From NCBI GenBank assembly GCA_026419455.1, contig JANZZJ010000212.1, positions 1-51,817 of the forward strand: 51,817 nt of DNA, in the 5' to 3' direction. This DNA comes from Candidatus Sumerlaeaceae bacterium. GTDB lineage: Bacteria; Sumerlaeota; Sumerlaeia; Sumerlaeales; Sumerlaeaceae. A model generated the notes under the pieces. The model was not told the origin of the DNA, ran no database searches, and saw nothing but the letters and a program-made list of their open reading frames with translations. The position numbers and the translations under genes were made by a program. Position 1 is the first letter of the stretch. Every line of letters starts with the position of its first letter. Positions 27,968 through 37,021 of the stretch are shown here, piece after piece.

Positions 27968-28954
27968 GTGACCGATACGAAGCGCATCGCAGTGCTGGGA
28001 GCCGGTGGGCTGGGCCGTAACATGGCCAAGTTGCTTGATCAAAAACACGAACTACGGCTTGTCGCAATTTGCGACAAAGGGGGCTATGCCTTTGATCCGA
28101 ACGGGCTGAAATCCAACCTTATCGAGGCGTTGGCTGCAGACGCATCAGTCGCCTCAATTCCTCAAGTGGGCGTGGCTTGCGCCGACGCCATCGGTGAACT
28201 TCTTAAGCGCAAAGACGAAATCGATGGCATCTTTCTCGCCCTCCCTAATCTTCCCAATGAGTTTTTGCCTTCCACGGTTGAGCGACTGGCCAAAGAAGGA
28301 TTTCAGGGTGTCATTGTGGATGCGTTGAAACGCACACGGGCTGTTGAAATGGTCGTAAGACTTCACGATCTCTTGGCCGCCAGCAAGATTACCTATATCA
28401 CGGGCGCCGGAGCGACGCCCGGGCTGCTTACCGCTGCTGCTGCTTTGGCGGCACAGTCGTTTATTGAGATCGAAAGCGTGGAAATCTATTTCGGTGTCGG
28501 CATTGCCAACTGGGATGCTTACAAAGCAACAATACGCGAGGATGTTGCTCATCTTGAGGGGTTCAGCGTTGAGAAAGTGGCAGCGATGAGTGACGAAGAA
28601 ATCGAAAAAGAGCTGGACAAGCGCAACGGAATACTTGAGCTCGTAAACATGGAACATGCCGACGATGTGATTCTTGAACTCGCCGGAATCGTCTCGCGCG
28701 ACAAAGTCAAAGTGGGTGGAGTGGTGGACACACGCAGTCCCAAAAAACCCGTGAGCACGACCATGAGGCTCACAGGTATTACGTTTGAGGGCAAGCGGAG
28801 CACTCATGTTTTTACACTTGGTGACGAGACTAGTATGGCTGCCAACGTCAACGGTCCGGCGCTCGGTTGGATGAAGGCTGGTTTTTGGTACCATAGTAAG
28901 GCACTCTATGGAGTTTTCACGAGCGCGGAGGTCATGCCACGCTGGCCCAAATAA
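27968..28954 (+). CDS. NAD(P)-binding oxidoreductase, possibly saccharopine-dehydrogenase-like
   Basis: The Rossmann motif is IAVLGAGGLGRNMAKLL and the mid-protein motif is ITGAGATPGLL. The start is GTG, with AAGGAG upstream. The specific family is not certain. Confidence 0.5.
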   Translation: MTDTKRIAVLGAGGLGRNMAKLLDQKHELRLVAICDKGGYAFDPNGLKSNLIEALAADASVASIPQVGVACADAIGELLKRKDEIDGIFLALPNLPNEFLPSTVERLAKEGFQGVIVDALKRTRAVEMVVRLHDLLAASKITYITGAGATPGLLTAAAALAAQSFIEIESVEIYFGVGIANWDAYKATIREDVAHLEGFSVEKVAAMSDEEIEKELDKRNGILELVNMEHADDVILELAGIVSRDKVKVGGVVDTRSPKKPVSTTMRLTGITFEGKRSTHVFTLGDETSMAANVNGPALGWMKAGFWYHSKALYGVFTSAEVMPRWPK

Positions 28955-28977
28955 GTTCCGCGCAGCTAGAAGTTGGT

Positions 28978-30315
28978 TTAGCTCGCGCCCGTTTTATCGC
29001 CAATTTCTCTAAGCTCTAAAGGGAGCGTAAGAGCCGCCAGAGGCTGATACCCGTCATGTGTCCAGCCTAAAGGCGGCTTTTGCATTTTCCCAACGGGGCA
29101 AATACGCCCCACTTCTAGTGCGTGGGCCATCTTCAGCCACTCTTGTCGAAGAGTGGCCACACCAAATGTGCTGATGTTGCCACGCAAAGGGTTAAGTGTT
29201 TTAGCAAGATCATCGAGTGACGTGAAGCGGCGGATAACGACCGTCCGGTTCACTGGCGAAAGGGAAAAAGGATTCAACGAACGAATCGCAACGAGATAAT
29301 CCGCCGTGGGGGGCGAGATTACTTTCGCCTGTCGGTCAATGGTTTGCCTTGCGGTCCGACTTTCGCACGCTGCTTGCTGAATCAGAACTTCTTCGCGCTC
29401 GCGTGCCACAGCAGCCGCCTCCTCTAGGGAAAGCACATGCCGGGGGAGTGATGAGGCGAATTCGGCCATGGCATCGTTTATGGCCTGGGCAAAAGTCTCA
29501 ACTATTGCTAATGACTTCGCTTTCAGGAAAATTGCACGCGGCGATAAGCATCCTTGTTGGTCGTAGACGCTGAAATCATAAGCAATCTTCTTGGCAAGGT
29601 CATGGCAGGGTTGGCTGTAAATGTCTTGTTCGTGGAGGAGAATGAAACTCACTTTGTGGCCATGCCCGAGAAATCTCTTGTGCGGTGGCAACATATTTCG
29701 GAGAGCGGTCACGGTGCGATCGTCGCCGAAAGCCACAACCACGTCGGCTGCAGTAATGGCATAGTGGGTAAGTTCGCGTTCTTCATGGGGCCACCAAACA
29801 CAAAAATTCATACGTCGCGCCAGAGGATCGATGCTCGCCATAGCTTCAACAAACAAGACAGGGAACTGACGGTCGTTTTGAGACGTTCTTACGAGGTTCC
29901 CTGCCCCGATCAGATTAGCCAAGAGGAGGGATTCCCAGGCGGAGATAAACAAATTGCCGGCGAGATTATGAAAAACAATCCGTGGAAGAATCCGGTGCAG
30001 TACAGGGTTGCGACCCAACTGCTGCTGTCGGAGATGCTCGAGCCTTTTTTTTGTAACGCGACCGAGCACATTCCGCAGAGCTTCCGTCACCATTGGAGGG
30101 GTCATGCCAATGGTGTTGCCAAGCTCCATAGCTCTTCTGCGCCACGGACTAGCAGGAGCTAGGAAAAGTTTGGCCGTAGCATCGAGAATATCTGGCGCAA
30201 ACTCGTACCATTGGCTGGCAAAGAGATGGGTGGAGCGTTGGAGCCGAGCGATAACTTTGTTCAGTTCGTCACCACGGACCCTTTGAGCAACAAGCGCGTT
30301 TTTCATGAGGGTCAC
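28978..30315 (-). CDS. LuxC-like acyl-CoA/acyl-protein reductase (aldehyde-forming)
   Basis: HNLAGNLFISAWESLLLANLIGAGNLVRTSQND and the catalytic-Cys context YDQQGCLSPRAIF match LuxC-family patterns. The start may be GTG 30315 or ATG 30306. Confidence 0.7.
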   Translation of the reverse strand: MTLMKNALVAQRVRGDELNKVIARLQRSTHLFASQWYEFAPDILDATAKLFLAPASPWRRRAMELGNTIGMTPPMVTEALRNVLGRVTKKRLEHLRQQQLGRNPVLHRILPRIVFHNLAGNLFISAWESLLLANLIGAGNLVRTSQNDRQFPVLFVEAMASIDPLARRMNFCVWWPHEERELTHYAITAADVVVAFGDDRTVTALRNMLPPHKRFLGHGHKVSFILLHEQDIYSQPCHDLAKKIAYDFSVYDQQGCLSPRAIFLKAKSLAIVETFAQAINDAMAEFASSLPRHVLSLEEAAAVAREREEVLIQQAACESRTARQTIDRQAKVISPPTADYLVAIRSLNPFSLSPVNRTVVIRRFTSLDDLAKTLNPLRGNISTFGVATLRQEWLKMAHALEVGRICPVGKMQKPPLGWTHDGYQPLAALTLPLELREIGDKTGAS

Positions 30316-30466
30316 AACTAAGCAAAATGATCATCACTTGCCACTCAGAATTTGGTGCCACGCTGGCGCACGTTCGGACTTTGTGATGTTTTCGCGAAGA
30401 ATCGAATTTCGCTTGTGCGCTTTGGATATTTAAACCGGTAGCGACCGACGTGCCGAAAGGGTTGGT

Positions 30467-31078
30467 ATGTTCACGGGCATTATCGAAGAAATGGGATGTA
30501 TTCGCCAGCTAGTACCCCTGCGAGACGCTGTTGAGATCTCGGTGGCCTGTAAGCAATCGCTTGTAGGGATGAAACTGGGCGACTCTATCGCCGTTGACGG
30601 GATATGCCTAACGGTAACCGCCTTCGACTCAGAGACCTTTACTGCTCTTGCCTCAGCGGAAACCTTACGGCGAACAAGTCTCGGCGACAAAAAAATTGGA
30701 GACTATGTGAATCTGGAATGTCCTCTGACCCTTGCGAAAAAGTTGAGCGGGCATCTTGTCCAAGGGCACGTCGATGGCACAGCGGTGGTAGACGGGATAA
30801 CTCCTGAAGGGGAGTCCCAAATGTGGAAGTTTCGCTTACCGCAAGAATTGGCGAAATACCTTGTACCAAAGGGATCTGTGGCTGTCGATGGAATTAGTCT
30901 CACGGTTGTGGAGGCGGCGCGAGATTACTTCACTGTGGCCATTATTCCCAAGACTCTGGCAGTTACGACGCTTCAGTTTCGCCGTCCTGGCGACAAAGTT
31001 AACGTGGAAGTAGATCTCATTGGAAAGTACGTTTACCGATACCTGCATCCTGAAGAAGAAGCCGTGCAAAGCGAATGA
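30467..31078 (+). CDS. ribE: Riboflavin synthase
   Basis: It starts MFTGIIEEMG and has duplicated lumazine-binding halves (GDSIAVDGICLTV and GSVAVDGISLTV). Confidence 0.92.
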   Translation: MFTGIIEEMGCIRQLVPLRDAVEISVACKQSLVGMKLGDSIAVDGICLTVTAFDSETFTALASAETLRRTSLGDKKIGDYVNLECPLTLAKKLSGHLVQGHVDGTAVVDGITPEGESQMWKFRLPQELAKYLVPKGSVAVDGISLTVVEAARDYFTVAIIPKTLAVTTLQFRRPGDKVNVEVDLIGKYVYRYLHPEEEAVQSE

Positions 31079-32367
31079 GCAAGAATCCACAAAATCAGTC
31101 GGCGCCTGAAATTGACCACGAGACTATTGCACCGGAGGCAAGCACCTCCTCTGACGCACGAACTCCGCGCGTCTTTGCCACAGTAGAAGAAGCTATCGAG
31201 CTTTATCGCCGTGGCGAGATTCTCATCCTTGTGGACGATGAAGACCGCGAAAACGAAGGGGATCTTGTCTTTGCGGGTTGTCATGTTTCGCCCGAAAAGA
31301 TCAACTTTCTTGCAAAGCACGGGCGTGGCCTGATTTGTGTGGCTACCACTCGTGAGCGACTGGAACAACTCGGCTTGCGTCCCTTAGCCTCACACAACAC
31401 TTCACGCTTTGGTACTAACTTTTACGAACCTGTCGATGCCGTTCAAGGCACGACGACGGGTATTTCTGCCGCTGACCGGGCCGCAACGATCCGCGTTTTT
31501 ATCGATCCGAACGCTCGGCCCGAAGATCTTGCTAAGCCAGGCCACATGCAAACGTTGGGCGCTCGTGACGGCGGTGTGCTCGAGCGAGCCGGACAAACAG
31601 AAGGAGTGGTGGACTTAGCGAAACTGGCTGGGTTGCCGCCCGTTGGAGTGCTTTGCGAAATCATGAACGACGACGGTACCATGGCCCGTATGCCCCAACT
31701 GGAGTTATTTGCCCAGCGCCATGGCTTAAAAATTGTTACCATACGCGACATCATCGAATATCGTCTGCGGACAGAAAAACTGGTCCAGCGTGTTGTTACC
31801 GTTCCGTTGCGAAACTGGTACGGTGAGTGGGAGCTCTCCTATTATGAGGCGTGGAATGGCGAAGGCCATCTTGCGCTGGTGATGGGTCAACTCGAGACGA
31901 AGCGCGACGAAGGCGTCCTTGTGCGTGTCCATTCGCAATGCTTCACGGGCGATACGTTGGGTTCCATGCGTTGCGACTGCGGCCCTCAGCTTCATTCTGC
32001 CATGAAAAAGATCGCAGAAGAAGGTGTTGGCGTCATTCTCTACCTCCATCAGGAAGGTCGCGGAATAGGCCTAAAAAATAAGCTCCTTGCCTATAGGATG
32101 CAGGATCGCGGCCTCGATACCGTCGAAGCAAACGAGGCACTAGGATTTAAAGCCGATTTGCGTGAGTACGGCGTCGGGGCGCAAATTTTAAAAGAATTAG
32201 GCCTCACCCGAATCCGTCTCATGACAAATAACCCCAAGAAGATTGTGGGTCTGAGTGCTTACAAGCTTGAGGTCGTCGATCGCGTTCCTCTTGTTGTGGG
32301 ACGGCATGAGTATAATGCCGCTTACCTCCAGACCAAAAGAGAAAAGCTGGGACATTTCATCGACTGA
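31075..32367 (+). CDS. ribBA: Bifunctional 3,4-dihydroxy-2-butanone-4-phosphate synthase / GTP cyclohydrolase II
   Basis: The DHBP synthase half contains DDEDRENEGDLVFA. The GCH II half contains VRVHSQCFTGDTLGSMRCDCG..LYLHQEGRGIGL. Its start overlaps the ribE stop in ATGA. It has a ~35 aa N-terminal extension. Confidence 0.95.
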   Translation: MSKNPQNQSAPEIDHETIAPEASTSSDARTPRVFATVEEAIELYRRGEILILVDDEDRENEGDLVFAGCHVSPEKINFLAKHGRGLICVATTRERLEQLGLRPLASHNTSRFGTNFYEPVDAVQGTTTGISAADRAATIRVFIDPNARPEDLAKPGHMQTLGARDGGVLERAGQTEGVVDLAKLAGLPPVGVLCEIMNDDGTMARMPQLELFAQRHGLKIVTIRDIIEYRLRTEKLVQRVVTVPLRNWYGEWELSYYEAWNGEGHLALVMGQLETKRDEGVLVRVHSQCFTGDTLGSMRCDCGPQLHSAMKKIAEEGVGVILYLHQEGRGIGLKNKLLAYRMQDRGLDTVEANEALGFKADLREYGVGAQILKELGLTRIRLMTNNPKKIVGLSAYKLEVVDRVPLVVGRHEYNAAYLQTKREKLGHFID

Positions 32368-32420
32368 CACACGACAGGAGTGCACCATGCTCGCAATCTG
32401 ATTCTGCGTGTGGCGGGGGC

Positions 32421-33197
32421 TCACATCGAGCGTGCTTTTTCCGGAGTACTGCCGCCCTTCTGGCGAACGATGCCGTAAAAATGGGCAACAATTCCAAAAA
32501 TCACGTAACATGTGAAGCCAGCAAAAACAAGTGCCGGGATTGCATTTTTTAAAAGATAAAGGATCGCTCCGACAACCATTGTTAGGGGGAGAATGTCGAA
32601 CTGCCTTCGGCTCTCCAAGCGCAGCTGTTTGAGGCTGGGGTAATTTACTGTGCTCACCATGAGGTAGGAAATTACGACCATAAGCAATGGAAGAAAGTTC
32701 AGCAAAAACTCCGTATTCCATTCTGGGTCGAGCCATTGAAAAAATAGGAAGCTTGAAACGATTACACCAGCTGCCGCTGGTATGGGAAGACCCGTAAACG
32801 AGATTTTCTCGACTCGTGATTTCTGAACGTTATACCGGGCTAAGCGGAGGGCACCGCACACTACAAACAACGCCGCCAGTACTTCGGCAATATGGCGGTT
32901 TTCGATATCGATGAGCCTGGTGTAAATGAGCACTGCCGGCGCCACTCCAAAAGCAACAAGATCAGCGAGGGAATCAAACTGGACGCCGAAAGCGCTTTCT
33001 GTGCGGGTCATCCGCGCAACCCATCCATCAAAGAAATCGAGTACGGCCGAAATGAGAATGAGCCAGCAAGAGGTCTCATACTTGTAGGTTTCCATCTCAG
33101 CCGTCTCGGCCACGTTGAATACGTTGAGAATGGCAAAAACTCCGCACGCGAGGCTTGCAGCGGTAAAAAGATTCGGGAGCAGGTAAACTTTTCTCAT
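32421..33197 (-). CDS. pssA: CDP-diacylglycerol--serine O-phosphatidyltransferase
   Basis: The CDP-alcohol phosphatidyltransferase motif is DFFDGWVARMTRTESAFGVQFDSLADLV. It is a polytopic membrane protein. Confidence 0.9.
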   Translation of the reverse strand: MRKVYLLPNLFTAASLACGVFAILNVFNVAETAEMETYKYETSCWLILISAVLDFFDGWVARMTRTESAFGVQFDSLADLVAFGVAPAVLIYTRLIDIENRHIAEVLAALFVVCGALRLARYNVQKSRVEKISFTGLPIPAAAGVIVSSFLFFQWLDPEWNTEFLLNFLPLLMVVISYLMVSTVNYPSLKQLRLESRRQFDILPLTMVVGAILYLLKNAIPALVFAGFTCYVIFGIVAHFYGIVRQKGGSTPEKARSM

Positions 33198-33224
33198 CTC
33201 GATTCGCCCAAATCATTCTTTGTT

Positions 33225-33899
33225 TCAGCTATTTACGCTAACCATGAGCGCACTTACTCGCCCCAAAACCTTATCGCCTTTCTTGACAAGAGGTTGATAA
33301 TGCGTTGGTGCCAGCACTTCTACACGGCTTCCGAAACGGATAAGGCCAATGGCTTCGCCTTGAGCGACTTCGTCAGTAGCCTCTAGTGGCGATACAATAC
33401 GCCGGGCAACAAGACCCGCCACCAGTTTCACTATAACCAAATCATTGTTAGGGCAGCGCAGATAAATAATCTTTCGTTCATTCTGCTCGCTGGCCTTGTC
33501 GTCCATGGCGTTCAAGAATTTTCCAGGAAAATATTCGGTTTTCTCAACAGCGGCGTCGCACGGCGACCAGTTGATGTGGACATCGAACAGCGACATGAAC
33601 ACAGCTACCTTTACTGCCTGCCCATTTGGAAAGCTGGAATGAGGTACAACTCCTACGGATGTCACAGTCCCATCAGCAGGGGCGATCAGATGTGATGCCG
33701 ACCGCCTTAGTTCCCTTCTGGGATGTCGAAAAAACCATGCTACATACGACGCGGACAGCAGCGAAAGCCCTCCAAGGGCGGAGGCGATCGCCGAAGCAGA
33801 GAACACGCCATACGCGATTAAAACGAGGGCTAACGTGAGCGTTGGCGCGAGAAAAGGAGCTGCTTCACGTGCGATGGGATGAGTAGTAGAATATTTCAT
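33225..33899 (-). CDS. psd: Phosphatidylserine decarboxylase proenzyme (short form)
   Basis: Motifs are FFRHPRR, IAPADGTV, AGLVARRIV and the self-cleavage site FGSRVEV. Confidence 0.85.
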   Translation of the reverse strand: MKYSTTHPIAREAAPFLAPTLTLALVLIAYGVFSASAIASALGGLSLLSASYVAWFFRHPRRELRRSASHLIAPADGTVTSVGVVPHSSFPNGQAVKVAVFMSLFDVHINWSPCDAAVEKTEYFPGKFLNAMDDKASEQNERKIIYLRCPNNDLVIVKLVAGLVARRIVSPLEATDEVAQGEAIGLIRFGSRVEVLAPTHYQPLVKKGDKVLGRVSALMVSVNS

Positions 33900-33902
33900 A
33901 AT

Positions 33903-35705
33903 TTACCTTCGGTTCCCTGTGGCTCGGGAGCGACGTCCTCCCGACTGTTTTTTTTCGGGTGCGCTTGACGAGCGGCTCTTTGCGCTATCATCGTCCACCT
34001 TGCCTTCAGGGTCCTTTTCGGCGACCTCTTCCTCGGAACTCGCCGTTGTTTCTACTACAACCGCGGTTGGCACGAAAGCACCGGAGCTCTGAGACGAAGT
34101 CTGTGTGGCCGAACGACTGAGGGGGCTGGATTTGCGATAGAGCCTGATGTTTGCCAAATGTTCTTCGTAGGTTTCGGCAAAGGCGTGCGACCCGTCGCCC
34201 TTGTAAACGTAAAAGAGATAATTTGTCTGAGCTGGTTTAAAAGTTGCTACGAGGGAATTCATTTGTGGGTTACAAATGGGGCCTGGAGGAAGTCCTTTGT
34301 GTAAATACGTGTTATAAGGACTACTCGTTTTCAGGTCCTCAAAAGTGAGGCGTTTTCCCCAATCGCCGAGAGCATAATTGATCGTCGCATCGATGTCGAG
34401 CTTCATACCTTTTTTCAGGCGGTTGAAGATGACCGATGCTATCAGTGGGCGTTCAGTGTCGAGTCGGGCCTCGCGCTCGACTAAGGAAGCAACAATGACA
34501 TGTTCGTGGAATGTTAATGGAATGCTAGTTTCTGTGCGCTCGATATCACGCAAATTTGTTTCAGCCCTCTTGACAAAGTTCTCTACCATAGTGCGGATGA
34601 TGTCCTCTTCTTTCATGCCCGGCGCGAAGAAGTAGGTGTCGGGATACAGATAGCCTTCCAGCGAGGGAACAGAAAGGCCCAAGCGGGAAATAAACTCCGG
34701 GTTCTCAACCAGCTGGAGAAATCGCTCTTCCGAGAAGCCATCGAGCTTCTTTTTGATGATAGCTGCTGTTTCCTTCGCGGTTTTGCCTTCAGGAATAGTG
34801 ATTTTAAAGTCCTGCGATCCGGCAATCAGCTTGTCGTAGATTTCGCTGAGACTCATGCTAGAATTGAGACGATAAACGCCCGTTTTGATTTTGTGGGAGT
34901 TTTCGTTCAGCCAAGCAAGATATCTTAGCAAGTAAGCATCGTCAATTCCAAGATAAGATCCCAAAAGTCCTTCATCACGGAGTTTTTCAATAATGGTATT
35001 GAGACGATCCCCCGGAGCGACTCGGAGTATTATTGTGCGATTGCTCTCGAATTGGATATTATACAAGCGATCTGATGCGTAGCGATAGTAAAGAGCGGCG
35101 AAACCAATGAGGGCGAAAACAGCTAAAACCATCAACCAACCAAACGCGTTCGCCACTCGCCCGAAGAATGAACGACGACTCTTCCCGCCAGCGCTGCCGG
35201 GAACCTCTTGGGTCTCTTCGGAGGGGGGGAGAATGCCACCGGACACTAACGGGAAACGCGGCGGATGCGAGTTTCTCTCCTCAGCCGCTTGATTGTTCGG
35301 GGACTCCGTTTCGCCAAGTGACGAGCCGACGTCCGGTGGATTGGAATCAGCAGGTTCGGGAATTGGCTGAGGGTGGTTACTTGGGGAAGACCCATCCGTG
35401 ACGCCGTTCGATGAGTGGGTTACTGCCCCACCACCATTCGCAGGCGAAGTCGGTTGAACAGCGTTCTGATCGCTACGTTCGTCGACGCACTCGCTAGAGG
35501 ACCCCGCAATTTGCAGGGCAGTCTCCTGTTGCACTATATCTGGAAGAGCGTCGGGGTCTTCGTCGGGCCAAAAATGCGCAGGTTGGTCTGCCGCATCATC
35601 GGGCACTGTATTGTGCTTTCGTGCTGGCTGTCGTTTCGCAGTTTTGCCCTGGCCTATTGCGTCAGCTAAACGATCGATTTCATTGTTGTTCTTTTCGTCC
35701 AACAC
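33903..35705 (-). CDS. mltG: Endolytic murein transglycosylase MltG (YceG-like) with long disordered N- and C-terminal extensions
   Basis: A TM helix (WLMVLAVFALIGFAALYY) is followed by YceG-type blocks (TIPEGKTAKE, ASLVEREARL, VIFNRLKKGMKLDIDATINY, SPYNTYLHKGLPPGPICNP). Confidence 0.85.
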   Translation of the reverse strand: MLDEKNNNEIDRLADAIGQGKTAKRQPARKHNTVPDDAADQPAHFWPDEDPDALPDIVQQETALQIAGSSSECVDERSDQNAVQPTSPANGGGAVTHSSNGVTDGSSPSNHPQPIPEPADSNPPDVGSSLGETESPNNQAAEERNSHPPRFPLVSGGILPPSEETQEVPGSAGGKSRRSFFGRVANAFGWLMVLAVFALIGFAALYYRYASDRLYNIQFESNRTIILRVAPGDRLNTIIEKLRDEGLLGSYLGIDDAYLLRYLAWLNENSHKIKTGVYRLNSSMSLSEIYDKLIAGSQDFKITIPEGKTAKETAAIIKKKLDGFSEERFLQLVENPEFISRLGLSVPSLEGYLYPDTYFFAPGMKEEDIIRTMVENFVKRAETNLRDIERTETSIPLTFHEHVIVASLVEREARLDTERPLIASVIFNRLKKGMKLDIDATINYALGDWGKRLTFEDLKTSSPYNTYLHKGLPPGPICNPQMNSLVATFKPAQTNYLFYVYKGDGSHAFAETYEEHLANIRLYRKSSPLSRSATQTSSQSSGAFVPTAVVVETTASSEEEVAEKDPEGKVDDDSAKSRSSSAPEKKQSGGRRSRATGNRR

Positions 35706-35851
35706 GGTTCTCTAATTGCTAATAGTGTCTTTTACACGGTCCTGCAGTCTGTATTGAACATTTGGCCTCGGCGCAATGTTGCATTACGTTTGACCTTTTG
35801 AACACGCAATTCTATTGAGTCAAAGTTCAAAATTGCGAAGGGAAAGCTCAC

Positions 35852-37021
35852 ATGCTTAAGCGCGCAGATTTAGAGCAACTCGAGCGTCAGGTTCTTGCTC
35901 CTTATGCAATGAAAAGCGCAGACACCCGTGGGCGCGATTATCCGATCACGCCGGATGAACTGCGTACCGAATTTCAACGTGATCGAGACCGCATCATTCA
36001 TTCTACCGCTTTTCGCAAACTTGAGTACAAGACTCAGGTCTACATGGTTCATTATGGCGATTATTTCAGAACTCGCCTGACTCATACGATGGAGGTAGCC
36101 CAGATTGCTCGCACCTTAGCGAGGAATCTGCGGCTCAATGCCGATTTAACTGAAGCCATCGCTCTTGCTCACGATCTCGGTCACACTCCCTTCGGTCACA
36201 GTGGCGAAGCCGCTCTCAAGCGTCTTCTTGCGGATCAAGGTGGATTCGAACATAACGAGCAGGGGCTTCGCGTCGTGGAGTATCTGGAGGAACGTTATCC
36301 GGATGTGCCAGGGTTAAATCTTACCTGGGAGGTGCGCGAGGGAATTATCAAGCATGACACAGAATACGACTCCCCAAATGTGCCGGAACGCTTCAAGCCC
36401 GAGTGGGCGCCCACGCTGGAGGCGCAAGTGTGCGATGTGGCCGACGAAATCGCCTATAATAATCACGACATTGATGATGCCCTCAAGATGGGGCTCATTT
36501 CTATACGCGACTTAAAGGAAGTTGATTGGGTGTGGGAGATTTTTGAGCGCGCACAAAAGGAAATTGGCGACGAAAAACCAGAAAAGTTCGTTAAATATCG
36601 CGCGATTGGAACATTAATCGATATGCAGGTTGCAGACGCGCTCCAGACTACTGTCCAAAATATCAGGTCTTTCAACATCCAAAGTGTTGCGGATGTTCGG
36701 CAGTGTCGCCAAAAAATCGTCACTATGAGCCAGGAAATGCTAGAGAAAAACCGTTGTCTCAAAGATTTCCTCATGCGGCGCGTCTATCGTCACCCCTACG
36801 TTGTCCGCATGGCGACCAAAGCTGAGCGGTTTGTAGAAAAAATGTTCCTTCTCTATCGAGATACACCGGAGCAGTTGCCCCTAAAGTATCAAGCTCGGAT
36901 TGAGCGCGATGGGCTGGTACGCGTGATTGTGGATTACCTCAGCGGCATGACCGACCGCTACCTTCTGGACGAATACATTAAGGCATTTGAGCCGGAAGAA
37001 AAATTCCTTGGGCGCTTATGA
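35852..37021 (+). CDS. dGTPase-like HD-domain triphosphohydrolase
   Basis: Motifs are FRTRLTHTMEVAQIARTLA and the HD motif AHDLGHTPFGHSGE. The length is typical of the Dgt-like family. Confidence 0.85.
   Translation: MLKRADLEQLERQVLAPYAMKSADTRGRDYPITPDELRTEFQRDRDRIIHSTAFRKLEYKTQVYMVHYGDYFRTRLTHTMEVAQIARTLARNLRLNADLTEAIALAHDLGHTPFGHSGEAALKRLLADQGGFEHNEQGLRVVEYLEERYPDVPGLNLTWEVREGIIKHDTEYDSPNVPERFKPEWAPTLEAQVCDVADEIAYNNHDIDDALKMGLISIRDLKEVDWVWEIFERAQKEIGDEKPEKFVKYRAIGTLIDMQVADALQTTVQNIRSFNIQSVADVRQCRQKIVTMSQEMLEKNRCLKDFLMRRVYRHPYVVRMATKAERFVEKMFLLYRDTPEQLPLKYQARIERDGLVRVIVDYLSGMTDRYLLDEYIKAFEPEEKFLGRL

Noticed and set aside
28154-28894. A 246-aa reverse ORF covering most of the NAD(P)-binding oxidoreductase gene.
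   Set aside because: The forward frame has a clear Rossmann GxGxxG motif and a good RBS, whereas the reverse ORF has no motifs. The same reasoning applies to the antisense ORFs 29554..30162, 17008..17607, 45050..45562 and 47338..47922.
30335-30360. A perfect TGGCAC on the minus strand about 40 nt upstream of the LuxC-like start.
   Set aside because: The expected -12 position reads TTCTG with no GC dinucleotide, so it is not a credible sigma-54 promoter.
30316-30466. A possible FMN riboswitch in the ribE leader.
   Set aside because: I could not see the conserved FMN-element sequence blocks. A covariance-model scan is needed to be certain.
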